DNA from: an uncultured Collinsella sp.
GTDB lineage: Bacteria; Actinomycetota; Coriobacteriia; Coriobacteriales; Coriobacteriaceae
Direction: 5' to 3'
DNA length: 40,901 nucleotides
NCBI GenBank assembly: GCA_900751665.1
Contig: CAADSV010000107.1
Location: 1-40,901 of the forward strand
Under the pieces are notes generated by a model. It had not been told where the DNA came from and did not search any database. It was given only the letters and a program-made list of their open reading frames with translations. The position numbers and the translations under genes are program-made. Positions 9,560 through 17,564 of this stretch are shown here, piece by piece (the stretch's first letter is position 1; each line of letters opens with the position of its first letter).

Positions 9560-10612
9560 ATGAATCCCAGGACTAAATCTCAGGACATTCGCGACTTGAG
9601 CCAAAACGATATTCGCGAGCTCGTGGCAGAACTCGGCCAGCCCGCCTTCCGCGCGAAGCAGCTCATCGAATGGGTCTTTGAGAAGAACGTTTGTTCGTTT
9701 GACGATATGACCAACCTTCCTAAGGCTTTCCGCGAGCAGCTTAAAGAGGCTTTTGCCTTTGACACGCCGACTGAACTCACCAAACAGGTTTCCAAAGATG
9801 GCTCTCGCAAGTATCTGCTCGAGTACCACGACGGCATTTCCGTCGAGACTGTCGGTATGCCCCGTCGTAACAAGCTTTCCGTCTGCGTTTCCACCCAGGC
9901 AGGCTGTGGCATGGGCTGCGCCTTTTGCGCTACCGGTCTCAACGGCCTCAAGCGCTCTCTGACTGCTCAAGAGATCGTCGACCAGGTGTTGCACGTCTCA
10001 AATGATTTTGGCGAGCGCGCCACAAGCGTTGTTTTCATGGGTCAGGGCGAGCCCTTTGCTAACTATGACGAGGTTCTCAAGGCACTGCGCATCCTCAACG
10101 ACCCCGACGGTATCGGCATTGGAGCCCGTCACCTTACTGTCTCTACCAGCGGTGTTATTCCCGGTATTCGCAAGTTTGCTGACATTCCCGAGCAGTTTAC
10201 GCTCGCCGTGTCGCTGCACTCCGCTATCCAGTCCACGCGCAACAAGATTATGCCTGGCGTCAAGAAGTACACGCTTCTGCGCCTTCACGAGGCGCTTCAG
10301 CTCTACACCGAGAAAACCGGACGCCGCCCGACCTATGAGTATGCCATGATCGAAGGCGTCAACGACACGAATCCCGAGATGCAGGCGCTCTGCGACTTCT
10401 GCGAGGGAACGCTGTGCCACGTTAACCTGATTCAGCTTAACGACATCGAGGGCAGCCCGCTCAAGCCGTCGCCGATTCATAAGGTTGAGGATCTTCAGCG
10501 CCGCCTTGAGTCTCGTGGCATCGAGACCACGATCCGTAATTCGCGCGGTAATGATATTGATGCCGCCTGTGGTCAGCTGAAGCAACGTTTCAAGGTCCAG
10601 AAGAACGCATAG
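9560..10612 (+). CDS. rlmN: Dual-specificity RNA methyltransferase RlmN (radical SAM)
   Basis: CVSTQAGCGMGCAFCATG (CxxxCxxC), FMGQGEP, LAVSLH, IDAACGQL. Confidence 0.93.
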   Translation: MNPRTKSQDIRDLSQNDIRELVAELGQPAFRAKQLIEWVFEKNVCSFDDMTNLPKAFREQLKEAFAFDTPTELTKQVSKDGSRKYLLEYHDGISVETVGMPRRNKLSVCVSTQAGCGMGCAFCATGLNGLKRSLTAQEIVDQVLHVSNDFGERATSVVFMGQGEPFANYDEVLKALRILNDPDGIGIGARHLTVSTSGVIPGIRKFADIPEQFTLAVSLHSAIQSTRNKIMPGVKKYTLLRLHEALQLYTEKTGRRPTYEYAMIEGVNDTNPEMQALCDFCEGTLCHVNLIQLNDIEGSPLKPSPIHKVEDLQRRLESRGIETTIRNSRGNDIDAACGQLKQRFKVQKNA

Positions 10613-10631
10613 GGGAGTCTGCACCCCATAA

Positions 10632-10647
10632 CGTTTCATGTGAAACA
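10632..10647. promoter_or_regulatory. parS site (near-consensus) CGTTTCATGTGAAACA
   Basis: Two mismatches to TGTTTCACGTGAAACA; next to the parAB locus. Confidence 0.75.
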
Positions 10648-10651
10648 TCCG

Positions 10652-10690
10652 ACAGCCCTGGTTGCAAATAACGCAACCAGGGCTGTTTCA
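10652..10690 (+). terminator. Intrinsic terminator after rlmN
   Basis: 14-bp stem ACAGCCCTGGTTGC/GCAACCAGGGCTGT followed by T-rich sequence. Confidence 0.7.
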
Positions 10691-10740
10691 TTTGTTTTCA
10701 TCCTAGTGGAGTTGATATAGATGAACTTAGTTTTATGGCC

Positions 10741-10783
10741 AAAATAAGGGGCCCTTGTCTCATGATTCAGACAAGGACCCCTT
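10741..10783 (-). terminator. Intrinsic terminator for the parA-parB-orf operon
   Basis: Stem AAGGGGcCCTTGTCT/AGACAAGGaCCCCTT with an A-rich run on the left (T tail on minus strand). Confidence 0.6.
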
Positions 10784-10810
10784 CAAAATAGGCAAGTAAT
10801 TGTTAGGTAC

Positions 10811-11065
10811 CTAATAACCAACAGTTTCCCATTGATGGTTAACCCAGTCTTGGTTAATCTTGGGATTCTTAGTCACCTGAGCAGTGCGCATAGCGACATC
10901 TTCGGTCATCACATCCATTTTCTTCTTAGATGTATCGACGATATCCTGAGCTCCGCGCAATAGTCGACCTCGAAGTTCATCATCTGTCGCAAGCTTATAA
11001 CCAGCAAAGGCACCAGCGACGACGGTGGTTGCCAACGCAACGACCGCGAGAACCTTATTCTTCAT
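10811..11065 (-). CDS. Small membrane-anchored hypothetical protein (84 aa), coupled to parB
   Basis: ATG 11065 with AGGAGGA RBS inside the parB 3' end; N-terminal hydrophobic helix VLAVVALATTVVAGAFAGY, then a helical-looking soluble part. Confidence 0.75.
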   Translation of the reverse strand: MKNKVLAVVALATTVVAGAFAGYKLATDDELRGRLLRGAQDIVDTSKKKMDVMTEDVAMRTAQVTKNPKINQDWVNHQWETVGY

Positions 11066-11960
11066 CCTGATCCTCCTGCCCAAATTGAATCATTTCACCA
11101 AGGATACGGGAGAGCTCCTCCTCGTCTTTGAATTCGATTTCGATTTTGTTCTTACCACGCGAGCTCTTCACGCGTACATTCGTGTTGAAAACTTGGCGAA
11201 GTACTCGAGCGGCCTTTTTGAATGACTGAGGGGTTGCTGGTCTCGGAGTCCTTGGCGTCTCTCCGGCAGAAAACAACGGAGCAAGATTTTCTGTCGCTCT
11301 AACGGAAAGACCTTCTGCAATAACTTTCTCAGCAAGTCGAATCCTGGCATCTTCATAAGGAACTGCAAGAATCGCCCTTGCATGACCTGCAGTAAGCTTG
11401 CCTTCGAAAATCATCTGCTGTACGACTTCGGGAAGATCTAACAAACGAAGTGAATTTGTAATTGCGGAACGAGACTTACTGACAGCCTTTGATAACGCCT
11501 CCTGCGTCATACCGCTGGCATCAATGAGCTGACGATAACCCTTTGCCTCTTCGACAGGGTTCAAATCAGAACGCTGAAGATTCTCGATAAGTGCAAGAGC
11601 GAGCATTTCCTCATCATTAACTTCCTTAATGATGACAGGCAATTCTTCGAGGCCAGCAAGTTTTGATGCCTGGTAACGACGCTCACCGGCAATAATCTCA
11701 TAGCCGTTTCCATGCTTGCGAACCAACAGTGGTTGCAATACCCCGTGCTCGTGAATCGATTCACTCAACTCGCGAAGTTCAGTTTCGTTAAAGTGAATTC
11801 GTGGCTGATTAGGGTTGGGAACGATATCCTCAATAGGCAGTTTTGTTTCAGATGCAGCATTTGAAGCCGATGCAGCCGAACCACCGGTCTCATACTCGGC
11901 CTCTGAGACCAAAGCATTGAGTCCACGTCCCAATCCGCCACGTTTCTTTGCACTAGGCAC
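11055..11960 (-). CDS. parB: Chromosome partitioning protein ParB/Spo0J
   Basis: GLGRGLNAL ParA-activating peptide, PNPNQPR, IIAGERRYQA CTP-binding motif, ALIENLQRSDLNPVEEA, HTH KSRSAITNSLRL, AGHARA. Confidence 0.96.
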   Translation of the reverse strand: MPSAKKRGGLGRGLNALVSEAEYETGGSAASASNAASETKLPIEDIVPNPNQPRIHFNETELRELSESIHEHGVLQPLLVRKHGNGYEIIAGERRYQASKLAGLEELPVIIKEVNDEEMLALALIENLQRSDLNPVEEAKGYRQLIDASGMTQEALSKAVSKSRSAITNSLRLLDLPEVVQQMIFEGKLTAGHARAILAVPYEDARIRLAEKVIAEGLSVRATENLAPLFSAGETPRTPRPATPQSFKKAARVLRQVFNTNVRVKSSRGKNKIEIEFKDEEELSRILGEMIQFGQEDQDEE

Positions 11961-12753
11961 GCTTGATCACCTCTTTTGCAAGGTTCATATACGCTTTTGC
12001 ACCCTTATTTTGAGGGGCATAGGTAATTACCGGCTCTCCAAAAGACGGAGCTTCAGAGATTTTAACCGTTCGAGGGATCAAAGTCTTAAAAGCCTTATCA
12101 CCAAAGTACGACTGAACTTCCTCAACAACCTGATTCGACAAAGAAGTACGTGAGTCATACATGGTCATAAGCACGCCATAGGTGTCTAAGCCCTTGTTCA
12201 GACGCGATTTGACCATCTTCATTGACTCAAGCAGCTTCGTTACGCCCTCGAGTGCATAATACTCGCACTGGATCGGAATCAAAACGCTGTCTGCTGCGGT
12301 CAAAGCGTTGATTGTAAGCAGGCCGAGCGAAGGAGGACAGTCAATGAATATAAAATCGAACTCGTCCTGAATCGGCTCAAGCAAATCCTTAAGGCGGGTT
12401 TCACGAGCAATTGCGCTTACGAGCTCAATTTCGGCACCTGCAAGCTGAATTGTTGCCGGAATAACGAATACCTTTTTGCAATTTGTATCAAGAACAAGCG
12501 ATTCTGCCGGCACGTCATTCAGCAATGCATCATAGATGCACTGATCGAGGTCTTCTTTTTCAATTCCAAATCCGCTAGTGCTGTTTCCCTGCGGATCAAA
12601 ATCGACAATCAGTGTCTTGCGACCCTGCTCACCAAGTGCTGCTGCAAGGTTTACTGCCGTCGTTGACTTACCGACGCCGCCTTTTTGATTGATGATTGCA
12701 ATGATACGCGTGTCTTTTGCGCTCTTCGAACGCTTAACGTCGCGAAATCCCAC
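11953..12753 (-). CDS. parA: Chromosome partitioning ATPase ParA/Soj
   Basis: Deviant Walker A NQKGGVGKSTT, DFDPQGN, IDCPPSLG, PIQCEYYALEG, EAPSFG; AGGAGG RBS. Confidence 0.96.
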   Translation of the reverse strand: MGFRDVKRSKSAKDTRIIAIINQKGGVGKSTTAVNLAAALGEQGRKTLIVDFDPQGNSTSGFGIEKEDLDQCIYDALLNDVPAESLVLDTNCKKVFVIPATIQLAGAEIELVSAIARETRLKDLLEPIQDEFDFIFIDCPPSLGLLTINALTAADSVLIPIQCEYYALEGVTKLLESMKMVKSRLNKGLDTYGVLMTMYDSRTSLSNQVVEEVQSYFGDKAFKTLIPRTVKISEAPSFGEPVITYAPQNKGAKAYMNLAKEVIKRA

Positions 12754-12792
12754 GGTCCCTCCTGGTGTGTATTAAAGCTGTCAAACGGAGGA

Positions 12793-12886
12793 TGTTTCAC
12801 GTGAAACATTCCGATTCGATATCAACCGCCATGTTTCACGTGAAACACTGCAAGTTGTTAGTATCCATTATGTTTCACGTGAAACA
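12793..12886. promoter_or_regulatory. Cluster of three perfect parS palindromes TGTTTCACGTGAAACA (12793-12808, 12832-12847, 12871-12886)
   Basis: Exact matches to the established parS consensus, located between rsmG and parA. Confidence 0.95.
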
Positions 12887-12887
12887 T

Positions 12888-13625
12888 CTAGGCAAGCGGA
12901 TTCTTCTTTGCCATGCCATTTGCACGAGGCAATGAAACTAAAGCTGGATGACTCTTCTTAAGAACAATGAACTCCCTGTGGCCCAAGCCCTCAGGCAAAT
13001 CGATTGCGTCATTCAGAAGCAAAGTGAAGCCGCAGATCTTAGCTGCAGACATGCCAGAAGCAAGCTCCTCATCCGATGGATTGCCCTTCGTGATAACAAA
13101 TAGCCCTCCATCCTTGAGGTACGGAGCCGCATATTCAACAAGAATCGGTAGAGGGGCCAGTGCGCGGGCGGTTACGACAGAGAACTGCTTCTTATGGCTT
13201 CGAGCATATTCTTCGAGGCGATCATGAACGGCATGAGCATGCTTAAGACCAAGCTCCTTAACAAAGGAGTTAACAGCATCAACCTTCTTGCCAACAGAGT
13301 CAATATAAGTAGCTTTACGATGCGTGGTAATTGTTAATGGAATACCAGGGAAGCCCGCACCAGTTCCCATATCGAGCAAAGCTCCCTCAGGAGCCTTATT
13401 GATATAAGGGAGCAAGACAAGTGAGTCGAGGATATGAAGTACCGCAGCGTCTTCTACGTTAAGAATACGGGTGAGGTTGGTTGTCTTATTTGTTTCAAGA
13501 ACCAAATCCAAATGCTGAATACATTTCCTTAGATCAGCATCAGTTACATTCAAGGAATACTCTTTGCAATAGGAAGTTAGACGACTCAGCATCTCGTCAG
13601 CCTGCTGATCTGTAAGTACAAACAA
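12888..13625 (-). CDS. rsmG: 16S rRNA m7G527 methyltransferase RsmG (GidB)
   Basis: NKTTNLTRI, HILDSL, LDMGTGAGFPGIPL, VTARALA; likely TTG start at 13625 after AAAGGAG, because the ORF-track start at 13673 falls in the terminator tail. Confidence 0.93.
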   Translation of the reverse strand: MFVLTDQQADEMLSRLTSYCKEYSLNVTDADLRKCIQHLDLVLETNKTTNLTRILNVEDAAVLHILDSLVLLPYINKAPEGALLDMGTGAGFPGIPLTITTHRKATYIDSVGKKVDAVNSFVKELGLKHAHAVHDRLEEYARSHKKQFSVVTARALAPLPILVEYAAPYLKDGGLFVITKGNPSDEELASGMSAAKICGFTLLLNDAIDLPEGLGHREFIVLKKSHPALVSLPRANGMAKKNPLA

Positions 13626-13671
13626 CAGAAGCTCCTTTCTGACAAAAATCAGTGTATCGAGAACTTTTGAC

Positions 13672-13703
13672 AAAAAAAGGGGACGTGGAAACCACGCCCC
13701 CTT
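13672..13703 (-). terminator. Intrinsic terminator after jag
   Basis: Minus strand AAGGGGGCGTGG-TTT-CCACGTCCCC followed by TTTTTTT. Confidence 0.7.
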
Positions 13704-13721
13704 AGCATAAGCTCGAGTAGA

Positions 13722-14291
13722 TTATCGAGCAACAATCACCACATGGCGATCAGGGTCGGAACCCTCAGAATGAGTATCGACGGCATCATTACCACGAAGT
13801 GCGATATGAACCAGTCGGCGCTCATAGGCATTCATGGGCGGAAGCGAAACACTCTTATGAGTACGAATGGCACGCTCGGCTGCAGACTGAGCCATAGAGG
13901 CGACCTTGTCCTGACGACGGCTCTTGTAGCCCTCAACGTCAACCACTACCGGATACCTAAAGCCAAGCTTGCGGCTCACCAACAAAGAGAACATAACCTG
14001 AAGGGCATCAAGGGTACGACCATGACGGCCAATGAGAACAGCAAGATCGGGAGCCGTAACGTCCAAAATCAGCTCACCCTCGTCGCCCTCATACTCATCA
14101 ATAGGAGAGTTGGCGGCATCGAAGTGCGAAAGGATAGAACGCAGAATGGAAATCGCAACATCGGCAATGGTGTCGAGCTCCTCATCGGTCAGCTCTTCAC
14201 CGGCCTTGTAGCGCTGTGCAATCTCGGGATAATCGCCCGCAATCTGCGGGGCAACCTCCTCAAGCATATCCTCGATGATCTCTTCAGACAT
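13722..14291 (-). CDS. jag: KH + R3H RNA-binding protein (Jag/KhpB/EloR family)
   Basis: LIGRHGRTLDALQ KH motif, VVVDVEGYK, PMNAYERRLVH R3H motif; ATG 14291 with GGAG RBS. Confidence 0.9.
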   Translation of the reverse strand: MSEEIIEDMLEEVAPQIAGDYPEIAQRYKAGEELTDEELDTIADVAISILRSILSHFDAANSPIDEYEGDEGELILDVTAPDLAVLIGRHGRTLDALQVMFSLLVSRKLGFRYPVVVDVEGYKSRRQDKVASMAQSAAERAIRTHKSVSLPPMNAYERRLVHIALRGNDAVDTHSEGSDPDRHVVIVAR

Positions 14292-14336
14292 AACGTACTC
14301 CAAAAGTTAGGTACCTAAATAAGATTGATATCCCGA

Positions 14337-15107
14337 CTACTTCTTCTTGTGCGGACGCGGCTTCTTCTCGCGACGGGTAACCTCGACCTGCAGCGGAGCG
14401 TTCTTGAGGCGCTCCTCCTCATCGGCCTTGGCCTTGTCGATAACCTTCTGCGTCACGAAGATCTGCTGGATAACCTGCCAGGCAGAAGACACATCGTAGT
14501 ACAGCAGAACGCCGACGGGCAGGCTCCAGCCCATCCAAAGCATCATGACGGTCATGACGACGGCCATCATGCGCATGCTCTGGGCCTGCTGACCAGTCTG
14601 ATTGCGAGACATATACAGCTGCGGAATCAGGGTCAAGACAGCGAACAGGATCAGGCAAACCAGCGCAGGCAGCGCAACCATAAAGCCATCGGCAAAAGAA
14701 GCGCTCGGCGTGGTGGTAAGGTCAGGCAGGATGTTGAAGAACGAGAACGTGCCGTCGCTAAAGTAGTTCGGCAGGTTACGCAGCAGCGTAAACAGGGCGA
14801 ACAGGACAGGCATCTGGATCAACAGCGGCAGACAACCAGCCATGGGGTTGAACTTGTTCTCGCTGTAGAACTTCTGCATCTCCTCGGCCTGGCGCTGGGG
14901 ATCGTCAGCATAGCGCTCCTGAATCTCGAGCATCTTAGGCTGCAGCACCTGCATGCGAGCCGTCGACTTGGTCGACTTGAGCATAAGCGGCGTCAGCAGA
15001 AGACGGATGATGACCACCAGGATGATGATGGACAGGCCCCAGTCGACCGCAAAGGTCTGGATGAGCTTGAGTAGCTCAAAAAGGATGTTAACGATCCAAT
15101 CCCACAT
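14337..15107 (-). CDS. yidC: Membrane protein insertase YidC
   Basis: WGLSIIILVVIIRLLLTPL, NPMAGCLPLLIQMPV, LPVGVLLYY; conserved position after yidD. Confidence 0.95.
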   Translation of the reverse strand: MWDWIVNILFELLKLIQTFAVDWGLSIIILVVIIRLLLTPLMLKSTKSTARMQVLQPKMLEIQERYADDPQRQAEEMQKFYSENKFNPMAGCLPLLIQMPVLFALFTLLRNLPNYFSDGTFSFFNILPDLTTTPSASFADGFMVALPALVCLILFAVLTLIPQLYMSRNQTGQQAQSMRMMAVVMTVMMLWMGWSLPVGVLLYYDVSSAWQVIQQIFVTQKVIDKAKADEEERLKNAPLQVEVTRREKKPRPHKKK

Positions 15108-15136
15108 GTAAGTTTTCCTCCGATAGCGAGTGCCCG

Positions 15137-15361
15137 CTAAGGCACAGGGTCATAACCGCCGACGTGCAGGGGATTGCAGCGAGCGATGCGCCTCACGGCA
15201 AGCCAGCAGCCTCTCAAAACACCGTACTTCTCAATCGCCTGGATAGCGTATTGCGAGCACGTTGGGTAATAAATGCAGGCGTCAGGCAATAAGGGCGAAA
15301 TAACCTGTTGATATATGCGAATAGGAGCGATGGCAACACGTCGCAAAACGTGATTGCTCAT
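15137..15361 (-). CDS. yidD: Membrane protein insertion efficiency factor YidD
   Basis: YQQVISPLL..CIYYPTCSQY..RIARCNP..GGYDPVP. Confidence 0.95.
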   Translation of the reverse strand: MSNHVLRRVAIAPIRIYQQVISPLLPDACIYYPTCSQYAIQAIEKYGVLRGCWLAVRRIARCNPLHVGGYDPVP

Positions 15362-15696
15362 CGCTCCTCCCCGGCAACGCCGGCGCGTTTCATAAGCGAA
15401 CGCAACGCCTTGTCCATCTCCTGCGGCGAGGAAACCCTCGTCTTGGGAGTCGCGAACAAGATGATGTCATGACCCGCAACGGGAAATCCACAGCTGCGGG
15501 CGGCCTCGCGCATCACACGCTTAGATCGGTTGCGCACGACAGCACAACCGAGTCGTTTAGCACCAACGAAGGCGACCCTTCCGGAGTCGCCTTCGCCAAC
15601 CGATTCACATATGGTCATTCGAATCAGAGGGTGATTGAAACGACGCCCCTGACTGAACACATGCTCGAAATCTTGCCGAGACTTAATAGTCTTCAT
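15358..15696 (-). CDS. rnpA: Ribonuclease P protein component
   Basis: IKSRQDFEHVF and the RNR motif KRLGCAVVRNRSKRVMRE; located between rpmH and yidD. Confidence 0.93.
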   Translation of the reverse strand: MKTIKSRQDFEHVFSQGRRFNHPLIRMTICESVGEGDSGRVAFVGAKRLGCAVVRNRSKRVMREAARSCGFPVAGHDIILFATPKTRVSSPQEMDKALRSLMKRAGVAGEER

Positions 15697-15716
15697 GCGA
15701 GATGTGTGTATCGCTG

Positions 15717-15851
15717 CTAGACAGTGAGACGCTTGCGGCCCTTGGCGCGACGACGGGCGAGCACGGCACGACCACCCTTAGTGGCCATACGGGCACGGAA
15801 GCCATGGGTCTTGGCACGCTTACGCTTATTAGGCTGATACGTACGCTTCAT
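15717..15851 (-). CDS. rpmH: 50S ribosomal protein L34
   Basis: [22 protein letters not shown].. (44 aa); GGAGG RBS. Confidence 0.97.
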   Translation of the reverse strand: MKRTYQPNKRKRAKTHGFRARMATKGGRAVLARRRAKGRKRLTV

Positions 15852-15923
15852 CTTAAGTTCCTCCTGCTGCATTTCGAGTGTCCGCGGGGACGCGGACGCA
15901 GATATAGACACGTGAGCTTGAAG

Positions 15924-15953
15924 ATTGTAGGGAAATCAATGTTCAAATGTCAA
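15924..15953 (-). promoter_or_regulatory. Sigma-70-type promoter of the rpmH operon
   Basis: Minus strand TTGACA-18 nt-TACAAT. Confidence 0.7.
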
Positions 15954-16039
15954 GAAATCAAAGGTAAAAGGTTGCAAAGAGTACACGGTTCCCCCATAAG
16001 CAGAACCGGCATTTGAGGTAGCAGACAACTTTTCACGAT

Positions 16040-16185
16040 ATTTCATCGAGTTTTCAACAGGTCGTGTTGGAAATGTTGAGAACTTTTCGTCCGTTTTCCA
16101 AAGTTTTCAACAGGTTTTGAAAACTTGTCGAAAGATGAGAAACATTGCGCGGTGAGCTACTATTTGTTCAAAACCTTTTGAAAGA
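16040..16185. other. Upstream half of oriC / DnaA-box-like cluster
   Basis: AT-rich; TTTTCAACA at 16051 and 16104, reverse-orientation variants TGTTGGAAA (16065), TGTTGAGAA (16074), TGTCGAAAG (16126). Confidence 0.65.
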
Positions 16186-16196
16186 TTGCGAGCGGC

Positions 16197-17549
16197 ATGT
16201 CTGACGACTTCTACACCATGGTCGATTCCGGTGATCCGGCACCCGACAACGAGCACATCACCGGCGTGCGCGAAGAACGCAACGAGAGCGAGCAGGTCAC
16301 CGCACAAGCACCAAAGGCCATGTATGCAGCGCGCATCGCGGTCTACGATGACATGCTGTCGACACCGCGTGTCATCGTCATCGAACCGCAAGACGTCCGT
16401 ACCTACCTGGAAGAGACAACCAACACCGTCTACCAGTGTATGAAAGAGCAGGGAGGACGCATCTCGCTGATGGTTATCCGCGAGATTGTCGAAAACTTTA
16501 TCCACGCGCATTTTGCAGAGCCCATCATCTCGATTCTCGACGGTGGCGATACCATCCGCTTTGCCGATCAGGGTCCGGGCATCGACGACAAAGAGCGTGC
16601 CTTCGACTTTGGCGTAACCAGCGCAAACAGCAAGATGAAACGGTATATCCGCGGCACCGGCGCCGGGTTTCCCATGGTACAGGAGTACTTGGAAAACACC
16701 GGCGGCGCCGTCTCCATCGAGGACAACATGGGCAACGGCACCGTCGTGACGGTAAGTCTGAACCCCAAGCGTGTGCAGGAAATCGAGCGTGCTGGCGGGC
16801 GCGGGGCAGCCGTGCGACCCGAAACAGAGCAGCAGGCATACCCTATGCCGGGCGCCTTCGCGCAGCAACCCGCAGCGATGCAACAGGTGCAACAGCAAAT
16901 GGCCCCCATGCAGCAGCCTGGCATGGCCCCCATGCAAGAGCTCCAGGCACCCTCGGGCGCGATTCCCCAGAACATACCCGATGCAATGCCAGCGATGGGC
17001 CAGGATGTGGGAACCTTACAGCAGATGGCAGGTGCATCGGCTGCACAGCAGGTATCCTATCAACCGAACCTACAAGGGTATCCGGCTCAATACGCGCCGC
17101 AAACGGGATATGCGCAGGCATACCCCCAGCAATACCCGCAGGGATACCAGCAGCCGTACCAACAAATGCCACAGGCGCAGTACAACCCATGGACCCAGCA
17201 GATGCCTCCGCAGCCTTACCAACAGTGGCCGCAAAGTTTTCAACAGCAGCCGCTGCCCCTGCAGAGTTCTCAACAACCAGCAGCTCAAATGATGTATCCT
17301 AATGCGGCGAATCAATTTGCACAGCCGCAGCAAGACGTATTTGTGAGCGAACGCGGCGAAGCGGCGCTGGGCTATCTGGCTCAAAACCAGGAGTGCGGCG
17401 CAACCGACCTGGCACGAGCGTTTGGAAACTCAGCGCCCACGTGGTCGCGAACGCTCAACGATTTGGCACAGGCCGGCTTGGTAATCAAACATGGCCAGAA
17501 ATATCATCTGACCGAGATAGGCAGCGCTCGCGTGCGAGCCCAAAGTTAA
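16197..17549 (+). CDS. GHKL (HATPase_c) ATP-binding protein with Gln/Pro-rich linker and C-terminal winged HTH
   Basis: N box REIVENFIHA, G1 FADQGPGI, F box AFDFGVTS, G2 GTGAGFPMV, G3 GNGTVVTV; C-terminal GATDLARAFGNSAPTWSRTLNDLAQAGLVIKHGQKYHLTEIG wHTH pattern; stop 15 nt before the dnaA start. Confidence 0.85.
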   Translation: MSDDFYTMVDSGDPAPDNEHITGVREERNESEQVTAQAPKAMYAARIAVYDDMLSTPRVIVIEPQDVRTYLEETTNTVYQCMKEQGGRISLMVIREIVENFIHAHFAEPIISILDGGDTIRFADQGPGIDDKERAFDFGVTSANSKMKRYIRGTGAGFPMVQEYLENTGGAVSIEDNMGNGTVVTVSLNPKRVQEIERAGGRGAAVRPETEQQAYPMPGAFAQQPAAMQQVQQQMAPMQQPGMAPMQELQAPSGAIPQNIPDAMPAMGQDVGTLQQMAGASAAQQVSYQPNLQGYPAQYAPQTGYAQAYPQQYPQGYQQPYQQMPQAQYNPWTQQMPPQPYQQWPQSFQQQPLPLQSSQQPAAQMMYPNAANQFAQPQQDVFVSERGEAALGYLAQNQECGATDLARAFGNSAPTWSRTLNDLAQAGLVIKHGQKYHLTEIGSARVRAQS

Positions 17550-17564
17550 GGAACGGGAGAAACA

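Noticed and set aside
12793..12886. Repeat-spacer pattern resembling a mini-CRISPR array
   Set aside because: The repeat is only 16-18 bp and equals the parS consensus; it sits next to parAB and there are no cas genes in the window.
13625..13722. Absence of mnmE/mnmG between jag and rsmG
   Set aside because: Normal for Actinobacteria.
16197..17549. Classical sensor histidine kinase
   Set aside because: No TM or sensor region, no H-box helix before the ATPase domain, and no adjacent response regulator.
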